A stretch of DNA of 64,000 bases from Candidatus Methylacidiphilales bacterium (GCA_050329585.1 JBHJOR010000001.1:5967-69966), one strand, 5' to 3'; shown: positions 10,827 to 21,399, counted from the stretch's first letter. Made by a program: numbers and translations. The notes: a model not told the origin generated them from the letters alone.

Positions 10827-11198
10827 ATGTTTCAGATCAGTTTTACGGATGTGAGCTCTGCGGAAATGGCAGAGTTACCCAAGTTATTACAAATTGAAAT
10901 CCTGAGCGAGTTTCAAGTTCTGACTCCGGATTTTGTCAACGCGCATCCGGATCGCTTTGGCAAGCTGGTCAAGGGCGAGCGGCAGATTTACCGCTACCGG
11001 GCCAAGGACTATCGGATTTATTTTGAAAAAGCCGACGATGGGCTGCGGGTGCACCGGGTGTTGCATCGTAATACGATGAAGGATTTTTTGTTCCGGTCCA
11101 ATTTAGAGAGTGGTGAAGATGAGCTGCTGCAGGATCACCCCGGGTTTTGGAGCTTAATTGATGATCCGCAGCGGCAGCGCTCCAATGAGGGTCAGTAA
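10827..11198 (+). CDS. RelE/ParE-fold protein with no adjacent antitoxin
   Basis: MFQISF..., IYRYRAKDYRIYFE..LRVHRVLHR pattern typical of RelE; preceded by TTGCGC-17-AATAGT. Confidence 0.65.
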   Translation: MFQISFTDVSSAEMAELPKLLQIEILSEFQVLTPDFVNAHPDRFGKLVKGERQIYRYRAKDYRIYFEKADDGLRVHRVLHRNTMKDFLFRSNLESGEDELLQDHPGFWSLIDDPQRQRSNEGQ

Positions 11199-11225
11199 CA
11201 GCTTAGAAAGCTAGAACTACCTAGA

Positions 11226-12107
11226 TTATTTCTTCTTGAAGAGACTGCCGAAGAGGCTGGATTTCGGTTCTAGCTTGGGATCCGAGCTGGAGAGATTTCT
11301 CCAGGTGATAGGTCCTTGGACTTTATCGGTGGTGCGGCGCAACTTTTTAGGATCCAGCTTAGTGGTGGCTTGAGGCGCGAAGCCTTTGGTGGCGGACGCC
11401 TGATTTTCAAGCTGTTTGAGTGCTTCAGTATTGAGGTTTCGCTTTAGTTTGACGTGCATGGTGACGAGCACGGCTCCAACTTGAAGTTCATCGCCTACCT
11501 GTAGAATGGCATCATTGATCAACTTTCCATTGATGCGGGTTCCGTTGGTTGAGCCGAGATCAGCAATTCGGATGTGATGGCTCTCCTGAATGATTTTGCA
11601 GTGGTGGCTCGATATGGAGGCGTCGGGGAGGATGATATCACAGTCTTCCATTCTTCCGATCAGGCTTTCATTTTTTTCCAGAAAAAAAAGAAAGCCTTTA
11701 AAGGGGGAGTTGAGCACCTCGAATGAAACCGCGTAGAGATTCAGATCCAGGAGTTTGACCTGCTTGCTGGCTTGGGTGTCTCCGAACATTTCACGAATTG
11801 ATTCCAGATCGGTCTGTCCTGCATCTTCGATTTGGGCGAATTGGAATAAAAGACTATCAAATGGTTCGCGCATGATGAGCCGCGGGGGTTGCTTAGCGGG
11901 TTCCCATGAAGTGTGTGCTTCATCCCACGTCATAGCGATGAACAAAGCCGTTACACCATAATCTTCGCTGGTCTCAGCGTAAACAACTTCTCCATCAAGG
12001 AGATAGACGCCAGCATAACGCCCATCAGCGGTGCGGATATTTAGACAACCCGACTCGCCGGCTTGGCCGTGATACTGTAAATGCTCTGGAATCTCTTGGT
12101 TCGCCAT
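11226..12107 (-). CDS. DUF4388/PATAN-like plus FHA domain protein
   Basis: N-terminal SGCLNI..GVYLLDGEVVYA; FHA motifs IGR, ISSHH, DLGSTNGT. Confidence 0.8.
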   Translation of the reverse strand: MANQEIPEHLQYHGQAGESGCLNIRTADGRYAGVYLLDGEVVYAETSEDYGVTALFIAMTWDEAHTSWEPAKQPPRLIMREPFDSLLFQFAQIEDAGQTDLESIREMFGDTQASKQVKLLDLNLYAVSFEVLNSPFKGFLFFLEKNESLIGRMEDCDIILPDASISSHHCKIIQESHHIRIADLGSTNGTRINGKLINDAILQVGDELQVGAVLVTMHVKLKRNLNTEALKQLENQASATKGFAPQATTKLDPKKLRRTTDKVQGPITWRNLSSSDPKLEPKSSLFGSLFKKK

Positions 12108-12229
12108 GCGTTTAAGGTTTGTTAAGATTAGATATTCCACCAAAACAAGGAACTGCCAATCGCAAAGTGAATTAAGTGACTGGGAGAAGCTCGTTTCGAT
12201 CTAGACAGTAGAGTCGTTTTGCTGTGAGG

Positions 12230-13237
12230 CTACAGGTGTGAGGAGGTTTTGGGAACCAACTGGATTTTGGTGCGGGTTCCTAATAACCATGTATCAGGAT
12301 CCCTTGGATCGGGGCGTAAATGGGCCAATGAAAGCTGTAATTCGCCCACTCGGATTCCCTGCTCATCGATTTGAAAGTCATGATTATGGCCATTAAGCCG
12401 TATCCAATAGGTGGCAGGATCGAGGCGACTGAAAAAGGACTGCACGTTTCGTTGCCGTTGGCGTTGTTTAGCTAAGGTGGGGAGCACCACCGCCAGAAAT
12501 GTTGCCATGATCACAATCATAACCCAAGCTCCATGAGATTGGAAGAAACCCAGGAGTGCCTCATTGAGTGTTTCTGGGCGGTTAAAAACCGTCTTTTCAG
12601 GGGGAAGCTGGCCGTGTGAGATCAACTGATTCCAACCATAGGGTAGAGCGCGCGAAAGGAATGGAACCGGAAGTAAGTTCGCACAAGCCGCAGACGCGCC
12701 CATCAAGGGTCGCTGGATGAATAAAGCCATCGAGGCGGCGAGCCAACATGTGCGCAACATCAACCACATTGCATCCATGTCAGTCAAGGCATCCATCATG
12801 ATAGAGCTCCATCGCAGCCGAATGGGGCGCGCACCCGCTCCCCCTTGATGTGCACCCTCGTAGGGATTTTGCAACACTCCGGCAGCACTCCGAGCCCTTG
12901 GTTCAGATAGGAGCTGACCTCCCAAGGCCCGTGTCACTGAGGCAAAGGCATCCGGCGTCCGTTGAACTAATTGCCATGGGTTTTCGGCCGTCTGGGGGCT
13001 ATTTTCATTTCGGGCGGAGCGTGTGCCGGGAGCTTCTGGATACGCTTCCTGCCAGAAAAATCGGGCGTTTTGTCCAGATCCCGGTGTCGTAGGAACCCAG
13101 ATCACATATTGCAGCAGATTGATGCCGACCAATATGAAATACAATCGCGGAGACCGGGGCAATACCACGATCGATAGAATTCCTATCAAGAGCAGGTCGA
13201 TCAGGATATTAACCTCCATGTAAGACGAAAAAATCAT
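12230..13237 (-). CDS. Hypothetical multi-pass membrane protein
   Basis: 335-aa ORF with several hydrophobic segments; no motif recognised. Confidence 0.55.
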   Translation of the reverse strand: MIFSSYMEVNILIDLLLIGILSIVVLPRSPRLYFILVGINLLQYVIWVPTTPGSGQNARFFWQEAYPEAPGTRSARNENSPQTAENPWQLVQRTPDAFASVTRALGGQLLSEPRARSAAGVLQNPYEGAHQGGAGARPIRLRWSSIMMDALTDMDAMWLMLRTCWLAASMALFIQRPLMGASAACANLLPVPFLSRALPYGWNQLISHGQLPPEKTVFNRPETLNEALLGFFQSHGAWVMIVIMATFLAVVLPTLAKQRQRQRNVQSFFSRLDPATYWIRLNGHNHDFQIDEQGIRVGELQLSLAHLRPDPRDPDTWLLGTRTKIQLVPKTSSHL

Positions 13238-13394
13238 AGAAGGTGTTAATTCAAATAGCTGAGCCAGGCGGTTTCAGATTTTATACTAGACCAAGTCAAT
13301 CATCGCAAGGCGATTAGCCGGTTGCTTCATGCCCGGTTTTATTCTGATATGTATTTTTCTTGTCACCACACTCAAAACTGGATTGTCTTACCCG

Positions 13395-14171
13395 ATGCTC
13401 TCATTATCACCTTTGCGAGTCACGGTTTGGAATGAATTTCGACACGAAAAAAAGAACCCGCTGGTTGCTGCCCACTATCCAACTGGCATGCATGAAACGA
13501 TCGCCTCCGCATTAAGTCGCGACCCGGAGTTAAAGGTTAGGACGGCCACCCTGGATGAACCCGATCATGGTTTGACAGATGAGGTGCTGGCATCGACCGA
13601 TGTCTTATTTTGGTGGGGCCACATGGCGCATGGAGAGGTCTCCGACGCCGTGGCGCAAAAGGTTCAAAGGCGCGTGTTGGAAGGAATGGGACTGGTCGCC
13701 CTTCACTCAGCCCACTATTCAAAGGTTTTCAAGAGGTTGATGGGCACCACCTGTTCACTTAAGTGGCGTGAGGCTAACGACAAAGAGCGGCTATGGAACG
13801 TGTTGCCATCACATCCCATTCTCAAAGGTATAGGAGATTATTTTGAAATCCAGGAGGAGGAAATGTATGGGGAGCCGTTCGGGATTCCCACACCTGACGA
13901 ACTTCTTTTGGTATCGTGGTTTACGGGAGGAGAGGTCTTTCGGAGCGCGGCGACCTGGCAGAGAGGACATGGCAAGGTGTTTTATTTCCGTCCGGGACAT
14001 GAAACCTATCCGACTTACCATCACGCTGACGTGCAAACCATCCTGACCAATGCCGCCCACTGGGCACGCCCGACGGTTCAAATACCGGATCGCTGCCCCA
14101 ACTCCCCCGCCCTGGAGCCACTTCCGCCCGATCCTAAAGCCGCTCAACGGCATACCGACGGTCACCGTTGA
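13395..14171 (+). CDS. thuA: ThuA-like (class I GATase fold) sugar utilisation protein
   Basis: [45 protein letters not shown]. Confidence 0.9.
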   Translation: MLSLSPLRVTVWNEFRHEKKNPLVAAHYPTGMHETIASALSRDPELKVRTATLDEPDHGLTDEVLASTDVLFWWGHMAHGEVSDAVAQKVQRRVLEGMGLVALHSAHYSKVFKRLMGTTCSLKWREANDKERLWNVLPSHPILKGIGDYFEIQEEEMYGEPFGIPTPDELLLVSWFTGGEVFRSAATWQRGHGKVFYFRPGHETYPTYHHADVQTILTNAAHWARPTVQIPDRCPNSPALEPLPPDPKAAQRHTDGHR

Positions 14172-14188
14172 TATCATCGGATCCACTC

Positions 14189-15283
14189 ATGAAAAAATCA
14201 TCTTCAGCACGGGTCAGGCTGGCCATTATTGGGACGGGCGGAATGGGCGGAAACCACGCCCGTCAGTTTGCCAAAATCAAATCCTGCAACGTGGTCGCCG
14301 CCATGGACATCGACTCCGAGCGGGTTGCAACGTTCTGCAAAGAAAACCAGATACCCGGTGCCTACACACGTCTGGACGAAATGCTCGACCGGGAATCCAT
14401 CGACGCGGTTACGATTGTCACTCCGGATCCGCTTCACAAACCACTATCCCTTCAGTGCCTGAAAGCAGGCAAACATGTGCTTTGTGAAAAGCCGCTGGCA
14501 TTGAACCACACGGATGCCGTGGAGATGGCCCACATGGCACGCAAAACGGGGGTCGTCAACATGGTCAATTTTTCCTACCGCGATTGGCCTGCGCTGCAGG
14601 GCCTAGCCCGCACGGTGTCGGAAGGCAAACTGGGCGACATCCGTCACTTCGAAGCCAGTTATCTGCAAGCTTGGCTGGCTAGTGATTGCTGGGGAGACTG
14701 GCGCACGCAGCCAACTTGGCTCTGGCGCCTCTCCACTTCACACGGCAGCAAAGGAGTGCTCGGTGATGTGGGCGTCCACATCCTCGACGCTACTACCTTT
14801 GCCGCCGGGTCGATAGCGCGCATCCAGTGCACCCTCAAAACCTTTCCCAAGGCCAAGGGCAACCGCATTGGAAAATACAAACTCGACGCCAATGATTCGG
14901 CCGTCATGACCGCTGAGTTGACCAATGGTGCTCTAGGTGTCGTGCATACCACCCGCTGGTGCGGCGGACACGCCAACCGACTCTTCATCAAAATCTCCGG
15001 CACCCGTGGCACCGTCTGCATGGACTCGGATCTCTCCACCACCGGCTTTCGGATATGCGCAGGTAAAGATCTGAGCTCGAACACGTGGAAAGAAGTATCC
15101 TGTAAACCCCATCCGAATAACTACGCCAAATTCATTCAATCGATCCGCACTGGAGTGCATCATGATCCTGATTTCCAGCGCGGTGCCGAGGTGCAAGGCT
15201 ATCTGGATGCCTGTTTTGAGTCCGACTCCCAACAACGCCCCGTGGTCATTCCACCTGCCCGTGGCGGAAAAAAATCTCTCTGA
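14189..15283 (+). CDS. Gfo/Idh/MocA oxidoreductase (ThuB-like)
   Basis: IIGTGGMG, CEKP, GDVGVH; adjacent to thuA. Confidence 0.9.
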   Translation: MKKSSSARVRLAIIGTGGMGGNHARQFAKIKSCNVVAAMDIDSERVATFCKENQIPGAYTRLDEMLDRESIDAVTIVTPDPLHKPLSLQCLKAGKHVLCEKPLALNHTDAVEMAHMARKTGVVNMVNFSYRDWPALQGLARTVSEGKLGDIRHFEASYLQAWLASDCWGDWRTQPTWLWRLSTSHGSKGVLGDVGVHILDATTFAAGSIARIQCTLKTFPKAKGNRIGKYKLDANDSAVMTAELTNGALGVVHTTRWCGGHANRLFIKISGTRGTVCMDSDLSTTGFRICAGKDLSSNTWKEVSCKPHPNNYAKFIQSIRTGVHHDPDFQRGAEVQGYLDACFESDSQQRPVVIPPARGGKKSL

Positions 15284-15316
15284 GCTTACTAAATACTTAC
15301 CCCGAGTGAGTCGCCC

Positions 15317-16972
15317 ATGAAGAAATTTCTTCACACGGTGCTTCTTCTCCTCTTTATTGCGGCACTGACTGGTGTTTCCTTAATGGGTTATCGGCACTTT
15401 CAGTTTCATCGCGCTTTAGATGCATATGAAGCTGCCATGCGATCAGCCCAATCCGAGCAGGCACGCCAAAGTTTAGTCCTGCTTAAAAAATTTGGACCCG
15501 ACAAAAAAGAAACCCTGCAAGCGGAGGCCCGTTGGTCGGCAACTCTTTATCCATGGCATGCCCTCTCGATATGGAGCACCTACCTTTTAAGTTTCCCGGA
15601 GGATCAGGAAGCGCGTGTGGCCAGAACTTTGGTTTTACTTCGTTTAAGATTAGTCAAACAGGCGAGGCAAGAAGTGGATGCGTGGCCTTCAGCCTCAAGA
15701 GATCAAAGTGCCTTTTTGCGCTCTTCACTGGCAGTAAATTTTGCTGAAAATCGCTTAGATCACGCTCGGGAATTTGCACAACGACTCTCCACCTTGGAAC
15801 CATTGAATGACCTTCACACCCTCAATCTGGCCAAAATTAATTTATTGGACGGAACCGCTATTCGTGAGGTGCAAATCGATGGGCAAAAAAAATTGGAGTC
15901 TTTTTTGAGTCACCCCACACATCGTGCTCATGCACTCCAAGCACTATTACAGTGGCATCTAGCTACAAAACAATATTCATCTATTGAAGCGCTAGCCAAT
16001 CAAATGGATCGACTCGGGGATTTGACCCTGGATGAGTCATTGATAATGTTGGACGCTCGCGTGCAAGCTGGCGGTCAACCCTCGCTGGATCGCGTTCGTT
16101 TCTTATGGAAACAGAGTGCAGCACATCCTTCAGATCGCGCCCTTTTGGCCGGATGGATGGTGCGGCATCAGTATGCGTCCCATTTGGTAGACTGGGCGCG
16201 CGCTGAACTGAAACCGGAGGATTGGGTTTATCCTCTGGGGCTACCGCTGGCCGAGGCACATCTCGAAGTGAGTGACCCACTGCCAGCGTTGTCTTTCTTG
16301 AGAAAAAGTAATTGGCATCAGATGGATTACTTACGCCTTTTCATCTTGGCACGACTGATGACTGGCTCCTCGCAAGAAGAACCGTTTCTTAGGGAATCGA
16401 TCCAAGTGGCCGCTCGTCAACCTGGAGGATGGGAACATCTGGAGTATGTGGCTTCTTCTTGGCGCTGGCGATTCGGCCAAATGTATATTCTCCGTTACGG
16501 CGCGGGCACGCTGCCGCTAGATTCTGTTTCGATGTCCCGCGTCATGACAGGATTACAACAACTCGGTGATGCGGAAGGACTTTGGATCGGTTCTGTCCGT
16601 TACTCCGATGCTCACCCGGATGATCCCATTGCTCTGAATAATCGAGCCTACCTTTCAATGATCTTGGACAAGGATTCGAGAGTGAGCCTCGATATGGCTC
16701 GCAGAGCACACCAAAAACTTCCTACTTCTCGTTCGATTCAGACCACCCGCCTCATGGCCGAGGCACTTCATGGAGATCTTTTGATAGCACAATCTTTACT
16801 AGCAGAGCTGCAATCTTCTCAAGATCCTGTCTTGATGCTGGCGCGAGTTATAGTGGCACACCGGCTTACAGATCCTTTGGATCCCCAACTCTTGCGCGAC
16901 TTACAGAGCGCCCATTTCGACTTAGATCAGGAAAATACGCTCAAATCGAAATGGCTAAACAAGGTTGATTAA
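15317..16972 (+). CDS. Membrane-anchored TPR-like helical repeat protein
   Basis: N-terminal TM; TPR-like HPDDPIALNNRAYL and FPEDQEARV; Leu/Ala-rich helices. Confidence 0.6.
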   Translation: MKKFLHTVLLLLFIAALTGVSLMGYRHFQFHRALDAYEAAMRSAQSEQARQSLVLLKKFGPDKKETLQAEARWSATLYPWHALSIWSTYLLSFPEDQEARVARTLVLLRLRLVKQARQEVDAWPSASRDQSAFLRSSLAVNFAENRLDHAREFAQRLSTLEPLNDLHTLNLAKINLLDGTAIREVQIDGQKKLESFLSHPTHRAHALQALLQWHLATKQYSSIEALANQMDRLGDLTLDESLIMLDARVQAGGQPSLDRVRFLWKQSAAHPSDRALLAGWMVRHQYASHLVDWARAELKPEDWVYPLGLPLAEAHLEVSDPLPALSFLRKSNWHQMDYLRLFILARLMTGSSQEEPFLRESIQVAARQPGGWEHLEYVASSWRWRFGQMYILRYGAGTLPLDSVSMSRVMTGLQQLGDAEGLWIGSVRYSDAHPDDPIALNNRAYLSMILDKDSRVSLDMARRAHQKLPTSRSIQTTRLMAEALHGDLLIAQSLLAELQSSQDPVLMLARVIVAHRLTDPLDPQLLRDLQSAHFDLDQENTLKSKWLNKVD

Positions 16973-17009
16973 TATTGCTTTTTTTTGTAATTAGCTTTAA
17001 CGTAGTGAG

Positions 17010-17906
17010 TTGAAAAAAAGGCTTCTAACTGTAGTATTAAGCTTGGTCATGTTGATCATGCCCAAGGTGGAAGCTAATGTCGTCTCATGGTGGCGCTTTG
17101 AGGCAGGGCAGGACACCGACCCCAGTGCTACTGGATTAGTCAATCCGAACGAAGTCGGCAGCGAGCCATCCATGGTGTCGATGAACGCTACGATTGGAAC
17201 CAATTCCCCAGATTTATTTGATACCACCGTTCCCGGTGCGAATGTTTCAAACACGGGCAGTGTTCGCTCAGTAATTAACGGACGAGGTGATGATGGCATT
17301 TTCGGCACGGCTGCTTACTCTTCGACACTGGATGTCAACAGCATCACAGTTGAATTCTGGATGCGCACCACGGAAAGCGATGCTGGCTTTGTTGCTCGCA
17401 CCACCAATTTCGCTGAAGCGGGGGAGACAGGAAACCTCAGTAACGGCTTTCGCATAGTCGATCCAGATAATGTGCGAGTGGATTTCTGGACGTCTCAGAA
17501 TAACGGTAGCGGCACCCAACTTCGAACCCTGACCAGCAACGTTTCTGTCAATAATGGGGCTTGGTACTACATTGCTTTTACTTACGATCAGGCAACAGGT
17601 ATCGCCAATCTCTATGTTGGTAATCCGCTGACTCCTGCCGCCTCGGGTGACTTCACTAATAACCGCCGTCTCTGGTGGGGCTCTAGTAGCGCGGAGCCTG
17701 AGGTCATTATCGGCTACCGAATGGACGGAAATCCAAATAACAATACAGGAACCTTAGATGAAATTCGTTTTACTGACTTTGCCCTGCCTCCTGACCAGTT
17801 TTTAGCTGTGCCCGAAACTTCACAAATCGCCGCTTTAATTGTCTTAGGATTGCTAGTTTGCTTTAGCCAGCGTCGTCGCTTGACTAAGATAGTCGCTCCG
17901 AGCTGA
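17010..17906 (+). CDS. LamG/concanavalin-A-like domain protein with PEP-CTERM sorting signal
   Basis: Signal peptide; [29 protein letters not shown]; C-terminal VPETS + hydrophobic segment + RRR. Confidence 0.85.
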   Translation: MKKRLLTVVLSLVMLIMPKVEANVVSWWRFEAGQDTDPSATGLVNPNEVGSEPSMVSMNATIGTNSPDLFDTTVPGANVSNTGSVRSVINGRGDDGIFGTAAYSSTLDVNSITVEFWMRTTESDAGFVARTTNFAEAGETGNLSNGFRIVDPDNVRVDFWTSQNNGSGTQLRTLTSNVSVNNGAWYYIAFTYDQATGIANLYVGNPLTPAASGDFTNNRRLWWGSSSAEPEVIIGYRMDGNPNNNTGTLDEIRFTDFALPPDQFLAVPETSQIAALIVLGLLVCFSQRRRLTKIVAPS

Positions 17907-20490
17907 ATTCCAATCGACCAGCTTGGTAGTCCACGGTCACCGTATCGCCGTCTTGAATAGTGCCCGACAAAAGTTGACGTGATAGCCCAGTTTCAACCTC
18001 ACGTTGCAACAGACGTTTGAGCGGGCGGGCCCCGTAGGCCGGTTCATATCCCGTCTCCGCCAGATGATCCAATGCCGCGTCAGACAACTTCAAGGTAATG
18101 CGACGATCATCCAGCCTCTGTTGGAGCAGAGCGAGTTGCAAGGTGACAATACGCCGCAGTTCTTCGCGCTTCAACGGACTGAACAGCACCGTTTCATCCA
18201 CACGGTTGAGAAACTCCGGACGGAAGTGTCGTTTGAGTTCATCCATCACACGGATGCGGGTGGACTCATCGATTTCACCTTCACCTGCGTTATCGAGCAG
18301 ATGAGAGGAACCGATGTTGGAAGTCATGATGATGAGGGTGTTTTTGAAATCCACCGTCCTCCCCTGACTGTCGGTAAGTCGACCGTCATCCAGAATCTGC
18401 AACAACAAGTTGAAGACATCGTGATGCGCTTTTTCAATCTCATCAAAAAGTATCACGCAATAGGGTTTGCGCCGCACTGCCTCGGTCAGTTGTCCACCTT
18501 CTTCGTAGCCCACATAGCCGGGAGGAGCGCCGATCAGCCGGGCCACAGCGTGTTTCTCCACGTATTCACTCATATCGATCCGGACGATATTGTTTTCCGA
18601 ATCGAAAAGTGCCTGGGCCAATGCACGTGCCAGTTCGGTTTTTCCCACCCCGGTGGGCCCCAGAAAAATGAAGGAGCCCATGGGCCGTTTGGGATCTTTC
18701 AACCCCGAACGGGCACGGATCACGGCGTCGGCCACCGCCTGCACCGCCTCATGCTGACCGATCACCCGCTCATGCAGCAGTTGATCCAATCGCAGCAGTT
18801 TTTCTTTTTCTCCTTCTACCAGTCTGGAAATAGGAATACCCGTCCAACGCGATACCACTTCGGCGATTTCTTCCTCGGTGACTTCTTCTTTGAGTAGTTG
18901 GTGAGGGCCTTTACGTGCCTTCAATTCGGCTTCTTTGATCAACTGTTCAAGCTGCGGTAAGCGACCGTATTTCAGTTCAGCCACCTTGTTGAGTTCACTA
19001 TTGCGCTCGGCCACTTCCATTTGGTGGCGCACCAATTCCAATTCTTCCCGCAGAGTGCGCACTTTTTCCAAACTGTCTTTTTCCGATGTCCACTGGGCTT
19101 TCAGCGCATCGCGTTGTGATTTCAGCTCGGCCAATTCTTTTTCCAGATCCGCCAGTCGTTCACGTGAGGCGTTGTCCTTTTCTTTTTTTAGCGCCTCGCG
19201 TTCGATCTCCAACTGCGTCACCCTGCGTTCCAAGGTCTCAAGTTCCTCCGGCATACTTTCCATTTCCGTGCGTAGCTTGGCCGAGGCCTCATCGATCAGG
19301 TCGATGGCTTTGTCAGGTAAAAAGCGGTCGGATATATAACGATGCGAAAGCGTGGCGGCCGATACCAGTGCCGCATCCTGGATGCGTGCCCCGTGGTGCA
19401 ACTCATAACGTTCCCGCAGTCCGCGCAATATGGATATCGTGTCCTCAACCGTTGGCTCATTGACCAGAACCGGCTGAAAACGGCGTTCCAGTGCGGCGTC
19501 TTTTTCAATATGTCGGCGGTATTCATCCAGGGTGGTGGCTCCAATGCAGTGGAGTTCACCGCGCGCCAGCATGGGTTTGAGCATATTGCCCGCGTCCATC
19601 GAACCTTCGGCCTTTCCCGCTCCCACCACGGTATGAATCTCATCGATAAATAGAATAATCTCGCCGGCCGAGCGGGTGACTTCCTGCAAAACCGCCTTGA
19701 GTCGTTCCTCAAATTCGCCGCGGAATTTTGCTCCCGCGATCAGTGAACCCAGATCCAGGGAAACAATGCGCTTGGATTTCAAACTTTCCGGCACATCACC
19801 TGCCACAATGCGGCGGGCCAAACCCTCTACGATGGCCGTCTTGCCCACTCCGGGTTCTCCGATTAGCACCGGGTTATTTTTGGTGCGCCGGGAGAGCACC
19901 TGCACCGCACGGCGTATTTCGTTATCGCGTCCAATGACCGGATCCAGCCGGTTTTGCTGTGCCATTCGAGTAAGATCACGTCCGTATTTTTCCAGAGCCT
20001 CATAGGTGGATTCGGGGTTGGATGTGGTCACTTTTTGGTTGCCGCGCACTTCCTGTAACACTTTAGTGAAATCGCCCTTTTTCAACCCGGCGGCGACCAA
20101 GGCGCGATGCACTCCGGTGCTCGCGGGCTCATCAAACATCGGCAGGACCAAGTGCTCCACGCTGACGTATTCGTCTTTGAGTCGCTTGGCTTCCTCTTGA
20201 GCTTTAGCCAGGAGGGTATTGAGACGCTGAGAAACATAGAGACTACCGGGTTGCGCCCCCTGTCCGGTTACCTTCGGCAGTTTGGACAGCTCTTCCTCTA
20301 TTTTGGCCAGCAGAAGATCGATAGAGGTCTGGCATTTCTCAACCAATCGCGGAATCAGTCCGCCTTCCTGCTGCAGCAATGCCAGCAAAAGATGTTCGAC
20401 ATCGATGCTTTGATGCCCCAAGCGGGCTGATAACGTCTGAGCTTCACTCAGTGCGTTCTGCGCTTTTTCAGTGAATTGATTCAAGTTCAT
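17884..20490 (-). CDS. clpB: ATP-dependent chaperone ClpB
   Basis: Two AAA modules ([16 protein letters not shown]), middle coiled coil, GYVGYEEGG. Confidence 0.98.
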   Translation of the reverse strand: MNLNQFTEKAQNALSEAQTLSARLGHQSIDVEHLLLALLQQEGGLIPRLVEKCQTSIDLLLAKIEEELSKLPKVTGQGAQPGSLYVSQRLNTLLAKAQEEAKRLKDEYVSVEHLVLPMFDEPASTGVHRALVAAGLKKGDFTKVLQEVRGNQKVTTSNPESTYEALEKYGRDLTRMAQQNRLDPVIGRDNEIRRAVQVLSRRTKNNPVLIGEPGVGKTAIVEGLARRIVAGDVPESLKSKRIVSLDLGSLIAGAKFRGEFEERLKAVLQEVTRSAGEIILFIDEIHTVVGAGKAEGSMDAGNMLKPMLARGELHCIGATTLDEYRRHIEKDAALERRFQPVLVNEPTVEDTISILRGLRERYELHHGARIQDAALVSAATLSHRYISDRFLPDKAIDLIDEASAKLRTEMESMPEELETLERRVTQLEIEREALKKEKDNASRERLADLEKELAELKSQRDALKAQWTSEKDSLEKVRTLREELELVRHQMEVAERNSELNKVAELKYGRLPQLEQLIKEAELKARKGPHQLLKEEVTEEEIAEVVSRWTGIPISRLVEGEKEKLLRLDQLLHERVIGQHEAVQAVADAVIRARSGLKDPKRPMGSFIFLGPTGVGKTELARALAQALFDSENNIVRIDMSEYVEKHAVARLIGAPPGYVGYEEGGQLTEAVRRKPYCVILFDEIEKAHHDVFNLLLQILDDGRLTDSQGRTVDFKNTLIIMTSNIGSSHLLDNAGEGEIDESTRIRVMDELKRHFRPEFLNRVDETVLFSPLKREELRRIVTLQLALLQQRLDDRRITLKLSDAALDHLAETGYEPAYGARPLKRLLQREVETGLSRQLLSGTIQDGDTVTVDYQAGRLEFSSERLS

Positions 20491-20500
20491 GCGTTCCTAC

Positions 20501-20516
20501 TGCATCTTTTATACCA
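20501..20516 (-). promoter_or_regulatory. Sigma54 -24/-12 promoter for clpB
   Basis: Minus strand TGGTATAAAAGATGCA = GG-N10-GC; predicted +1 coincides with the clpB ATG. Confidence 0.65.
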
Positions 20517-20623
20517 GCCATCCTTTGGCTTTGGAATGTTTGCAGCTTAGCCGTAACACCTTAAGCACCGGATACTTGAGGCGCGGTAGAAGAGCTAGAT
20601 CCTAAAATCAATTTCTAGCTTTA

Positions 20624-20680
20624 TGACAAAATGTCTCATTTCATTCTTTACGCTAAATGAATTAGTGTCAATATGTCTCT
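20624..20680. promoter_or_regulatory. Tandem candidate enhancer (bEBP-binding) boxes
   Basis: TGACAAAATGTCTCA (20624-20638) and TGTCAATATGTCTCT (20666-20680), 42 bp apart, between two sigma54-type promoters. Confidence 0.5.
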
Positions 20681-20765
20681 TTTGATTCTGGGCGATGCGC
20701 AGGCTCTACTTAATAAATGGCTATCCATCAATTAGTTAGCATCATCTTGCGTCCGGAGATTTAAC

Positions 20766-20781
20766 CGGAACGTTTTATGCA
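20766..20781 (+). promoter_or_regulatory. Sigma54 -24/-12 promoter for hsp20
   Basis: CGGAACGTTTTATGCA = GG-N10-GC; IHF-like CATCAATTAGTTA at 20726-20738. Confidence 0.65.
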
Positions 20782-20832
20782 GTTGGTGATGGTGTAGTGA
20801 GGATAACCATAACCAATAACCAAGGAGGAACC

Positions 20833-21294
20833 ATGAACATGATAGCCAAATGGGATCCGTTCAAAGAATTGGACGTGTTCCAAAACCGCCTCGGTGATCT
20901 TTTTCATCACCGGGCCAATGCAGCCCAATCCCAAGACAGCAGCGATATGACGCGGGCCGACTGGGCTCCCGCAGTGGACATTGCGGAAACCGACCATGAA
21001 TACCGCATCGAAGCGGAACTTCCCCGCATCGATAGGGAACGTGTTAAAATCCGCGTGGCCGATGGTCTGTTGACCTTGACCGGAGACCGCGAGTTCAAAC
21101 GGGAAGAAAAGGACGAATCAACCAAATACCATCGGGTGGAACGCAGCTACGGTAGCTTTGTGCGCAGCTTCCGCCTGCCCGATGACGTCGAGGGTGATAA
21201 AGTCCGCGCCGAATTCAAAGACGGCGTGCTCGCCGTCCACCTGCCCAAATCCGAAGCCCGCAAGCCCAAGGAAATCGATATCAAAATCAGTTGA
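20833..21294 (+). CDS. Small heat shock protein Hsp20/alpha-crystallin
   Basis: WDPF, WAPAVDIAE, ERSYGSFVRSFRLP, AEFKDGVL..LPK, IDI; AGGAGG SD at 20823. Confidence 0.95.
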   Translation: MNMIAKWDPFKELDVFQNRLGDLFHHRANAAQSQDSSDMTRADWAPAVDIAETDHEYRIEAELPRIDRERVKIRVADGLLTLTGDREFKREEKDESTKYHRVERSYGSFVRSFRLPDDVEGDKVRAEFKDGVLAVHLPKSEARKPKEIDIKIS

Positions 21295-21303
21295 TATCTT
21301 CCC

Positions 21304-21337
21304 GCCCCCGACGGTTTTCAGCCGCCGGGGGCACTTT
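21304..21337 (+). terminator. GC-rich hairpin after hsp20 (terminator or stabiliser)
   Basis: GCCCCCG..CGGTT / AGCCG..CGGGGGC stem followed by ACTTT. Confidence 0.5.
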
Positions 21338-21399
21338 CGGGATACGAAAGAATTTGCCCCTCAACCCAAACTGTGAAATAAACCAATCCACTACTTGAT

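Noticed and set aside
11199-11225. Clusters of CTAG/TAGC words in short intergenic gaps (also near 28835, 55955, 62905)
   Set aside because: No consistent repeat unit or spacing, so it cannot be called a REP or an array
18004-18897. 297-aa plus-strand ORF inside clpB
   Set aside because: Antisense shadow ORF typical of conserved GC-rich genes
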